This document shows, in pieces, positions 12,072 to 20,013 of a DNA stretch of 47,861 bases (its first letter is position 1; each line of letters opens with the position of its first letter). The stretch is taken from sequence record SRR20825006_2659, one strand, 5' to 3'. The position numbers were made by a program, and so were the translations under genes. Under the pieces are notes generated by a model, which had not been told where the DNA came from, did not search any database, and saw only the letters and a program-made list of their open reading frames with translations.

Positions 12072-13547
12072 TTATTTGGATAATTTTAGATGAACTTTCT
12101 TTCCTTCCCTTATTATTATTTCGATGATCTCTTCGATATCTTTTTCAGAAGTTCTAAAATTTACTATGCAAGCTCTCAAACAATATTGGCCTTTTACGAT
12201 GGCATTGGATAAGAAAACTTCTCCTCCAGCTTGTAATTCATTTAATAGTTCTTCATTTAATTTATTGAGGTAATCGCTGTCTGTATCGCTTTTTAAAGGA
12301 ATGTATCTGAAAGTAGTGATGCTTAAATTTTGAGAGACAGCTTCTAATTCAGAATGCTTTTGAGCAAGTTCAAATAGCAATTCGGAGAGTTCAATATCTT
12401 CACCAATAAGTTTTTTATATCCGGTTCTGCCTACTTGCTGCAATGTGAGCCAAACTTTTAAAGCTCTAAAGCCACGGGAGTTTTGAAGTCCATACTCATA
12501 AAAATTCTGAGCGACTTCATCATTATTCTTACTGAAGTTGTAATACTCTGGATGTGAACTAAATGTGTCTAATAAATGCTGTGGGTTTTTCACTAAAGTA
12601 CATCCCGCTTCAAGAGGACTATAGAGCCATTTATGGGGATCCAAAGCTATAGAGTCTGCATCTTCAATACCCTCAAATATATGTTTGAGTTTTGGAATAA
12701 TTGCAGCGGGTGCACCATAAGCACCATCAATATGGAACCACAAGTCGTATTTCTTAGAAATCGCTGATAGTTCAGCCAAATTATCAACCACACCCGTACT
12801 TACATCGCCAGCTGTGCCAACTACCATTAATGGTAAACAATCATTTTCTAAATCTTTTTTGATGGTGGCTTCTAAAACTTGAGTATCCATTTTATTGGAA
12901 TCATCAGTTTGAATCCATCGTATAGAATTGGTTCCTAAACCAAATAAAATAGACGCTTTTTCAATCCAAGTATGTGTTGATTTCGAACAGTAAACAGTCA
13001 GTTTTCTAGATGTATTTTGAATCCCATCTTCTTTTACACTTTTTGGGGCTTTTGCAGTTCTAGCCGCTAAGAATGCTGTGAAATTTGCCATATTTCCACC
13101 ACTAACTAATATTCCGCCATAATCAGAGGAGACACCAATAAATTCAGAAAGCCACCTAACGGTCTGTTTTTCAATTTCAGTGGCAATAGGACTTAAAATA
13201 TGTGCGCCAACATTCGGATTAACAGACGCCGAAAGTAAATCTGCTAATGCGCCAATAGGGGCAGGCGAAGAAGTAATATATCCCAAAAATTTAGGATGTC
13301 CGTTAAGTAAAGAATGGTTGAATAGTAAGTCAGTGGTTTTAGAAATCAACTCATTTGTAGGTTTACCATTTTCTGGTAGAGATGAAATACCGAGGAGGCT
13401 CTGAAGTTGGCTCGGACTTTCATTGGGCGTAACCGGCTTTTGATCTATGGAACTAATAAAATCAGAAATATCATCGATAAGTTGATGTCCAATTCTTCGA
13501 AATTCTTCCTTATCCATTTCGATAGATGATGTCCTGACTTTTGCCAT
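12072..13547 (-). CDS. Group II PLP-dependent amino-acid decarboxylase (aromatic-L-amino-acid/glutamate decarboxylase family)
   Basis: HPKFLGYI, SGGNMAN, WFHIDGAYG, DSIALDPHKWL (PLP lysine), SRGFRALKVW. Confidence 0.9.
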   Translation of the reverse strand: MAKVRTSSIEMDKEEFRRIGHQLIDDISDFISSIDQKPVTPNESPSQLQSLLGISSLPENGKPTNELISKTTDLLFNHSLLNGHPKFLGYITSSPAPIGALADLLSASVNPNVGAHILSPIATEIEKQTVRWLSEFIGVSSDYGGILVSGGNMANFTAFLAARTAKAPKSVKEDGIQNTSRKLTVYCSKSTHTWIEKASILFGLGTNSIRWIQTDDSNKMDTQVLEATIKKDLENDCLPLMVVGTAGDVSTGVVDNLAELSAISKKYDLWFHIDGAYGAPAAIIPKLKHIFEGIEDADSIALDPHKWLYSPLEAGCTLVKNPQHLLDTFSSHPEYYNFSKNNDEVAQNFYEYGLQNSRGFRALKVWLTLQQVGRTGYKKLIGEDIELSELLFELAQKHSELEAVSQNLSITTFRYIPLKSDTDSDYLNKLNEELLNELQAGGEVFLSNAIVKGQYCLRACIVNFRTSEKDIEEIIEIIIREGKKVHLKLSK

Positions 13548-13598
13548 AGTATTATTTTTTTGGGATGTATTAGTAGGGGTTACTAGATTTAGTAATGG

Positions 13599-13991
13599 CT
13601 ATTTCATTGAATGGATTCCAAACATATTGCCTTCAGTATCCGTTGCCAGAACCATGAACCCATACTCCGTTAGAGATGTTTTAGATTTAAAGACGTTCCC
13701 TCCAGCATTTACAATACGTGCTTCTTCGATACTGCAATCTTCGCTCATAAAATATACGATGGTGCTATTGTTACCTGCCTTAAAGCCATCCATCCTAACT
13801 AAAGCACCTGAAGCTCTGTTTTTAGATTCCAAATTGCTAGGGAAGAATAACATCTCCATACTGTCTTCTCCGATTTCTGGAGTTGGCAACGCATCAAGTT
13901 TAAGGTCGAATACGGTCTCATAGAATCTTTGGGCTCTATTTAAATCATCGACATAAATCTCGAACCAAACGACGGGGTTTTCATTTTTCAT
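13599..13991 (-). CDS. VOC family protein (glyoxalase/bleomycin-resistance-like)
   Basis: NPVVWFEIYVDDLNRAQRFYETVF ... DTEGNMFGIHS. Confidence 0.9.
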   Translation of the reverse strand: MKNENPVVWFEIYVDDLNRAQRFYETVFDLKLDALPTPEIGEDSMEMLFFPSNLESKNRASGALVRMDGFKAGNNSTIVYFMSEDCSIEEARIVNAGGNVFKSKTSLTEYGFMVLATDTEGNMFGIHSMK

Positions 13992-14508
13992 AAGCTAATT
14001 GTAAGTCTGATTTATTTTATTCTTAATACTGAAAGCTTAAGATGTAGAAAACGGGTTTTATTTCAAAATGGTAGACTAGTATCTATCATACCAGATATGA
14101 TTCTACAGGAAGAGGATGGGTAGGTTATACAAATTTCAAAAAATTATTTCTTTATATAAAAGAATCTAGATAGCTAACAAAGCAACGTTTCAAAGCCATA
14201 ACAAGAGGATGGTTATAAGGACCAAAAACCCGTGAATTCTTCAATTAGATTTCCCATTAACGGGTAATAGTCAATCAGTTACAAAGCGCTGCACCTTAGA
14301 ACTCCACACACAACATTCTTACTAATAAAGTATGCCATTCAACTTTACTAATGGAATGGGAAGTTTAATCTCGAAGAGTGGTAAAGAGGTATTCGCCCTG
14401 ATTAGATAGTCTTTTTAGATAGAAAAATTAGGCACTTAAACATCTTGAATAATTAAGTGTGATATAAAATATTGTTCCCGAAGAGTATAATCACATAAAA
14501 GAAATGTC

Positions 14509-14940
14509 ATGGGGAATATAAAAATCACAAAATATTTTAGATGGATTTTAGGTGCGGTATTAGCTGCAGCTGGAATCTTAAAAATCATAGATCCAGAGAA
14601 TATGATTGAGGTACTACTCTTTTTTGGAGTATACCCAGAAAGTACAGCTAAGTTTTTAGTGTACGCCGCTGCTACAACAGAAATTATACTCGCCATGTAC
14701 TTATTTAAACAAGTACAAAAGAAACTTATACACTTGCTTGTTGCACTGTTGTGCGGCTTTTTTTTGTTGATCGCTTTAGTTGGTTATAGCAACGGTTGGG
14801 AGTTTGCTTGTGGTTGTTTAGGACGTTTTTCTTTTGGGAGATTTGATTTGCAGATGGTGCTAAGAAATGCGGTTTTGGCAATAATGTCTGGTTGGATGTA
14901 CTACCAAACCAAGAAGGAAGTGAAGCTCGGAGTGAGCTAA
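14509..14940 (+). CDS. MauE/DoxX family redox-associated membrane protein
   Basis: About four TM segments; RWILG..AGILKIIDP, E-I-I-L-A, ACGCLG (CxC) and LRN motifs typical of MauE-like proteins. Confidence 0.85.
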   Translation: MGNIKITKYFRWILGAVLAAAGILKIIDPENMIEVLLFFGVYPESTAKFLVYAAATTEIILAMYLFKQVQKKLIHLLVALLCGFFLLIALVGYSNGWEFACGCLGRFSFGRFDLQMVLRNAVLAIMSGWMYYQTKKEVKLGVS

Positions 14941-14969
14941 CTAACAAACAATAACAAATGGAGATAATC

Positions 14970-15248
14970 ATGAAGATTAAGAATTATATCAATCAATTTG
15001 TAGCAATTTTAACTGTTGTTACTCTTGTAAGTGGATTCCAAATAAGCACTAACGATGGAATGGTTAATACTTTTGAATCAGTAATCGGTATTGAAGAAGC
15101 CTATGCTGGCCCTTGTGGTAATAGAGGATGTACCGGAAAGGAAGGGTTTTGTACAGCATATGTAGTTTTTGAAATAGGTGGAATTCAGGTAATAAGATAC
15201 TGCAAAGGTATAAAGAGGAATGATGACGATGTAATAGTCCAAATGTGA
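14970..15248 (+). CDS. Small secreted cysteine-rich peptide precursor (leader ending IEEAYA plus 46-aa four-Cys core)
   Basis: ATG at 14970 with GGAG 6 nt upstream (alternative ATG 14958); basic N-region, hydrophobic H-region, AYA|G cleavage-type site, core GPCGNRGCTGKEGFC...YCKG; followed by a strong hairpin. Confidence 0.8.
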   Translation: MKIKNYINQFVAILTVVTLVSGFQISTNDGMVNTFESVIGIEEAYAGPCGNRGCTGKEGFCTAYVVFEIGGIQVIRYCKGIKRNDDDVIVQM

Positions 15249-15255
15249 TGACTAA

Positions 15256-15286
15256 AATAAAGGCACCTTAAAAGGGTGCCTTTATT
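15256..15286 (+). terminator. Terminator or mRNA-stabilising stem-loop after the peptide gene
   Basis: Perfect 12-bp inverted repeat AATAAAGGCACC / GGTGCCTTTATT starting 7 nt after the stop codon. Confidence 0.8.
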
Positions 15287-15392
15287 AATCTAATCTTACG
15301 AATAGTTGAGCTAAGAGAAGACAAAGCTTCGAATCCATAAATAATATTGCTTTAGAATAATGAACAAAGTAAAAATATAAAATCATAGAGTT

Positions 15393-16385
15393 ATGAATAG
15401 AATTTACTGGTATATGGTAATAATAATATTGTTATTTAGCTCAAATCTTATGTCTCAAGAGCGACTTTATAATAATGTTGAACTCACTTTAGTAAAGGAC
15501 TTAGAATTAGCTGAATTTGGTATTTATGATCCAGATTTACTTTCTGTAAACGAACGAGGAGATATCGTAATGTTTGATTACGCTGAATATAAAATTGCAT
15601 ATGCTAGCGTTGACGATTTAGAGTTTGTGTTGTTTGATAAAGGAGGGCGCGGACGGGGGCCTGCTGAATTTCAGATGGTTATGGACTTAGAGCTTGATGA
15701 AGGTGGGAATATATACCTTGCAGATAGTGATAAAGGTACTGTTGTTCAATGGAATACTTCTGGAGAGTTTATTAAAGAGTTTAAGCCAAATAAACTTATG
15801 CCGGCACCTTCTAGGTTAACGAGATGTTCTAATGGAAATTTATATGTGCTTTCTCAACAACATAGCAAAAAAGGCATATTCCATAGAGTGAGTGAAGAAG
15901 GGAAGCTACTCAATTCTTTTTTTAAGATAAAAAGCTTTGAAAAGCGCTTTGCTTATTATACTGATGGTAGATTAAGCTGTGATGAGAATGAATACCTGTT
16001 TCATGCCCCTCTGTATATAAATGAAATAAAGAAATTTAATACCAAAGGGGAGATAATATTTGAAATTCCTGTTTATGGTTTTGAAGAGAATGAGAACATT
16101 ATGATAAAAGACGGTCGCTTTTATGAACCTGCTCCAGATGTTAGAAGAGCTACAGGTGATATTTTTGTGCGAAATGGAAAAATGATTGTCGCCTATTCAG
16201 GAAGAAAAGATATGAATTCTCAACTATTGGATGTGTACTCCTCAGAAGATGGTAAGTATGAGTACTCAATTGAAGTACCGTATATCTTTAATGAAGTTGC
16301 AGTAACTAGTAAAAACATCATTCTTTTTAGAGAGGATACTAATGGCGAGTACTACGTAACAGTGTATAGTTACAGTGGTATTTAA
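15393..16385 (+). CDS. Secreted 6-bladed beta-propeller protein (NHL/TolB-like)
   Basis: Signal peptide ..SNLMS|Q; GRGRGPAEF motif; blade repeats such as DEGGNIYLAD..GTVVQWNTSGEFIKEF. Confidence 0.8.
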   Translation: MNRIYWYMVIIILLFSSNLMSQERLYNNVELTLVKDLELAEFGIYDPDLLSVNERGDIVMFDYAEYKIAYASVDDLEFVLFDKGGRGRGPAEFQMVMDLELDEGGNIYLADSDKGTVVQWNTSGEFIKEFKPNKLMPAPSRLTRCSNGNLYVLSQQHSKKGIFHRVSEEGKLLNSFFKIKSFEKRFAYYTDGRLSCDENEYLFHAPLYINEIKKFNTKGEIIFEIPVYGFEENENIMIKDGRFYEPAPDVRRATGDIFVRNGKMIVAYSGRKDMNSQLLDVYSSEDGKYEYSIEVPYIFNEVAVTSKNIILFREDTNGEYYVTVYSYSGI

Positions 16386-16456
16386 TTTTCATTATGCAAT
16401 AGAATAATAATTGCATACAGAATATAATTAAACATTAAGATAGGGTGAGGTTAAGC

Positions 16457-17497
16457 ATGAAAAAAGATCTTCTAATATTCGTAGGACTTATTGTTTGGTC
16501 ACTCTTTGTAGTAAACAATACCACCGCACAAAATATTGAAAACTCAACAATGAAAAGAGAGTTTAAAGAGGTTATTAAAGAGGAGTGGAGGTTTGTTCCT
16601 TCTGAATTTGAATTATTCCGAGCAGAAATTTACACTATAAACAATAATCATAGTGCCTTGTTTGTGTTTGACTATACCAAGAAAAATTTATTTAAACTGT
16701 CTATAGAAGGTAGCGAAATTGTGGATATGGAAACTATTGGGAACGGGCAAGGGTCTGGACCTGGGGAGTTTAGAAACCCAACTGATATGTGTGTTTCTTT
16801 AACTTCAAAAGGAGAGAAGCTAGTCCTGATAGATTCTGATTTGGCGAGAGTTTCCATCTGGGATGTAACTTCAGGGGAATTTGAAAAGAGCTTTAACCCA
16901 AAGAAATTTTCACCATCAAGGGTAAGCTGTACTCCCAACAAAATATTCTTATATAATGCAACAGGATCAAAGAATGGAGATTACCTAGTTTATAATTTTG
17001 ACAAAGAATTAATAGCAGGAATAAAGGATAATAGAAAGAAGAGGAACACTTTTTTAGATGCAGGTGAAATAGTAGCAGACGATTCGTCACTATTTTTTTC
17101 ATCAAAAGGTAGGTCCGAACTAAAAAAATTTAGTCTTATAGATAATGCGTTTGAGCTGAGTAATAGTTTGGTTGAAGCTGTTGTTGAAAATAAGACAGAT
17201 ATCAAAGAGGATAAAAAAACAAGAACTGAGAAAAGAAGCAAAGATTTCAAGTACCAAACAAGGGGTATTGGAGAGTATGGGGATTATATACTTGTTTTAT
17301 ATTCAGGTGAGAAGCACGGGCATGGAAATACCATCGATTTTTACAATAAACGTACATTAGTCTATGAGTTTTCTGTACAACTAGAGTTTTGGAGTATTTC
17401 TATGGATGTTCAAGGAGACAGAATTATTCTAGACTCTTACTACAAAGATAGAAAAGAGTACATGTTTATGGCGTACAAAATAGAGTTGGTTGAGTAG
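16457..17497 (+). CDS. Secreted 6-bladed beta-propeller protein (NHL/TolB-like)
   Basis: ATG at 16457; signal peptide ..NTTA|Q; IGNGQGSGPGEFRNP motif; IDSDLARVSIWD..GEF blade. Confidence 0.8.
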   Translation: MKKDLLIFVGLIVWSLFVVNNTTAQNIENSTMKREFKEVIKEEWRFVPSEFELFRAEIYTINNNHSALFVFDYTKKNLFKLSIEGSEIVDMETIGNGQGSGPGEFRNPTDMCVSLTSKGEKLVLIDSDLARVSIWDVTSGEFEKSFNPKKFSPSRVSCTPNKIFLYNATGSKNGDYLVYNFDKELIAGIKDNRKKRNTFLDAGEIVADDSSLFFSSKGRSELKKFSLIDNAFELSNSLVEAVVENKTDIKEDKKTRTEKRSKDFKYQTRGIGEYGDYILVLYSGEKHGHGNTIDFYNKRTLVYEFSVQLEFWSISMDVQGDRIILDSYYKDRKEYMFMAYKIELVE

Positions 17498-17596
17498 GGT
17501 TTAGTGTTTTAAGAATAGATGCACACCTAGTGAGTGATTAGTTAAGAGTGAAGCAATCTCAATTGATGTTACTTAAATACAGGTAGAATAGAGAAA

Positions 17597-18175
17597 GTGA
17601 GCCACATTACCTTGAAAAGAGCTATTGGATTAGTGTTATTTGTTTCAATAACCTATTCGATTGTAATGGTAAAGCCTTACAAAGTAATGACAAACTCTAT
17701 GGCGGATGTTATTCAACCAAAGGATTATGTGCTGATTTATAAAAATAAAAGTAATGGTGACTTTGAAAAAGGTGACATAGTAGCGTTCCATAAATCAGTA
17801 GAAGATTCAATTACATTTATAAAGAGGATTGCAGCAGTTCCTGGTGATACAATTCATGCTTATCGGTATGAATTAGTTATTGCTGATAGAACTATTCCGC
17901 ATGATCCAATTTTTGAGATGTTAGTTACCACTGATGAAGACAACGAAATGGATTATTCCTCTAGAAGGTACTTTGAGTTTCTCATCCAGCAAATGGATAG
18001 AAAAGATAGCCTAATTCTACAGTATTCTAATATTATCGAAAGTGGAAATGGGCTTGTAGTTCCAGATGGCGTGTTCTTTATGGTGGGCGATAATGCCTAT
18101 GAAAGCATGGATAGTCGATTTTGGGGGTTTATACCCAAAGAGCAAGTCCTAGGTGAAGTATTCGCAATATTTTAA
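17597..18175 (+). CDS. lepB: Signal peptidase I (S26), cluster-associated paralog
   Basis: One N-terminal TM; catalytic Ser in NSM; GDIVAF; catalytic Lys in FIKRIAAVPGD; box E FMVGDN..SMDSRFWG; GTG start. Confidence 0.9.
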   Translation: MSHITLKRAIGLVLFVSITYSIVMVKPYKVMTNSMADVIQPKDYVLIYKNKSNGDFEKGDIVAFHKSVEDSITFIKRIAAVPGDTIHAYRYELVIADRTIPHDPIFEMLVTTDEDNEMDYSSRRYFEFLIQQMDRKDSLILQYSNIIESGNGLVVPDGVFFMVGDNAYESMDSRFWGFIPKEQVLGEVFAIF

Positions 18176-18316
18176 AGAAAATTTGATTTTTATAGATAAT
18201 TATATTTCATTAGATGTAGGGTAAGTAAAAACAACACAAAAGAGTAGCACCTAATTTGGAAGGACAATAACTATAGCTTAGGGTAAATGTAAATTTATAA
18301 CCTAAAATTTAGAATT

Positions 18317-18655
18317 ATGACACCACCAATAAATGATGCAGTAAATTTTGCCATTCAAAACTTAAACCATATGTATTCGGTCGAGGATTGGGCCAAAGAA
18401 TACGGGTATTCGAACGCTAAGTCTTTTTCCAAATACTTCAGAAATCATTTTCAAAAACGGCCATCGAAAGTATTAATTCAACTCAAAATTAAACACGCTT
18501 TAAAACTACTGAGCTCAAAAGATTGCCAAAAGAATTACTGTATTGCACAGGAGATTGGGCTTCCCGATGAACAGGCTTTATACAAATTTTTTAAATATCA
18601 CACAGGATATAGTCCTAGTGATTTTAAAGATAACCTGCATCGATATAGAGGCTAG
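18317..18655 (+). CDS. Stand-alone AraC-family helix-turn-helix protein
   Basis: 112 aa; SVEDWAKEYGYS..SFSKYFRNHF..P and IAQEIGL.D...LYKFFKYHTGYSPSDF twin-HTH pattern; no sensor domain. Confidence 0.8.
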   Translation: MTPPINDAVNFAIQNLNHMYSVEDWAKEYGYSNAKSFSKYFRNHFQKRPSKVLIQLKIKHALKLLSSKDCQKNYCIAQEIGLPDEQALYKFFKYHTGYSPSDFKDNLHRYRG

Positions 18656-18774
18656 TAAACCTATTGAAGTACTAACATATGCATGGCCTATTGCCAAATG
18701 AGTGCATTGCAAGAATATAGAGTTTCAGAATTACCTCAACCTATAAGTATCAGATTAAAAGGCTTAATCGTTGT

Positions 18775-19101
18775 TTAGCTTGATACGACCTTGAGTCCTA
18801 CAATAGAGCTTACTAGAGTTACTAAGAAAAAGATTCTCCAAAAAGTAACAGGATCTTTAAACACAAAAATACCCATTAAAACAGTTCCGACCGCGCCGAT
18901 ACCAGTCCAAACTGCATAGGCCGTACCAATGGGTAAGCTCTGAGTTGCTTTTATAAGAAGCATCATACTAACTATAAGGCATACAAAGAAAGCTCCATAC
19001 CACCAGTATACATCATTTCCAGTGGCTTCTTTGGCTTTACCAAGGCTAGAGGCAAAACCAACTTCAAATAATCCAGCAATAATCAAAAGAATCCAATTCA
19101 T
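18775..19101 (-). CDS. sugE: SMR family small multidrug/guanidinium exporter (SugE/Gdx-like)
   Basis: MNWILLIIAGLFEVG (conserved TM1 Glu), LPIGTAYAVWTGIGAVG, GLK. Confidence 0.85.
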   Translation of the reverse strand: MNWILLIIAGLFEVGFASSLGKAKEATGNDVYWWYGAFFVCLIVSMMLLIKATQSLPIGTAYAVWTGIGAVGTVLMGIFVFKDPVTFWRIFFLVTLVSSIVGLKVVSS

Positions 19102-19167
19102 AAAAATCTGTTTTCAAAAAGTTATATTCAAAAGTTCTCTATCTGGGCTTAAAAGAAGAGCTAGTAC

Positions 19168-20013
19168 TTATTTTGTGGCAATAGGTTTATTATTACGGCT
19201 CCACTCACTCCAAGAACCAACATACAGTTTAGGAATATCAAAGCCTGCAGAGTGTATTGCTAAGAGTGTGTTATAAGCGGTCACTCCTGAGCCACAATGT
19301 ACAATAACGTCTTTACCTTTGTGATTAAATAGAGGCTCATATTTTTCTTTTAGTTTTTCGGGAGAAAGAAAAAGTCCGGAATGATCTAAGTTCTCTGTTA
19401 ATGGGATATTAATAGCATTAGGGATGTGTCCTGCTACTAAATCAATAGGCTCAAAATCTCCATCATAACGTTCTTGGCTCCGCACATCAATAATATATGA
19501 TAGTTTGGTTTGCGAGGCTTTCTCTACATCAGAAAGTTCAGCAATAGGCAAATTCCAGCTATTTACTTCAATAGTATCGGTAACTGTTATAGTTACAGGA
19601 TTTGAGTTGGTAGGAAAACCTATCTTTTCAGCCTCATCGGGTCCACCGTTTAACACTTGTACTTTTTCTAGACCTATAGATTTAAGCATCCACCAAAATC
19701 GCGCTGCAGCGTTAGATCCATTTTTATCATCATAAATCACAACATGACTATCATGCGAAATTCCGAGGTTTGCGACAGTACGAGTAAAATTTCCAATCTT
19801 TGGTAGGGGATGTCGTCCTCCAACCGAAAAATCATTCTCTATCTCTGTAAGATGGGTATTCAAGTCTACAGAAATAGCTCCATCCAAATGCTTAGTCTCA
19901 TAATTCCTTTGAGCACTTTCACCATTGCTAGCATCTACAAGTATAAAATTATGAGACTTATATAACTTTATTAGCTCTGAGGCTTGAATAATAGGAGATA
20001 GGGTTTCTGTCAT
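19168..20013 (-). CDS. Two-domain rhodanese / 3-mercaptopyruvate sulfurtransferase (SseA-like)
   Basis: GRHPLP, AARFWWML, VLNGG, GHIPNA, active-site CGSGVTA, LYVGSWSEW. Confidence 0.92.
   Translation of the reverse strand: MTETLSPIIQASELIKLYKSHNFILVDASNGESAQRNYETKHLDGAISVDLNTHLTEIENDFSVGGRHPLPKIGNFTRTVANLGISHDSHVVIYDDKNGSNAAARFWWMLKSIGLEKVQVLNGGPDEAEKIGFPTNSNPVTITVTDTIEVNSWNLPIAELSDVEKASQTKLSYIIDVRSQERYDGDFEPIDLVAGHIPNAINIPLTENLDHSGLFLSPEKLKEKYEPLFNHKGKDVIVHCGSGVTAYNTLLAIHSAGFDIPKLYVGSWSEWSRNNKPIATK

Noticed and set aside
14970-15248. Classical double-glycine bacteriocin, lanthipeptide, ranthipeptide or bufferin precursor
   Set aside because: The GG lies inside the core hairpin; no C39 transporter, LanB/C/M, SPASM radical SAM or MNIO (DUF692) gene is nearby
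14509-17497. Methylamine dehydrogenase (mau) operon
   Set aside because: The small protein has four Cys and no Trp, so it cannot form TTQ; there is no Tat motif and no mauD or mauG
19102-19167. Guanidine riboswitch upstream of the SugE/Gdx-like gene
   Set aside because: The spacer is only 66 nt and AT-rich; no twin ACGR-loop hairpins or ykkC-type core are visible
19250-19300. Inactivated sulfurtransferase (CGSGVTAYN instead of CGSGVTACH)
   Set aside because: The catalytic Cys and CGSGVT loop are intact and the ORF is full length
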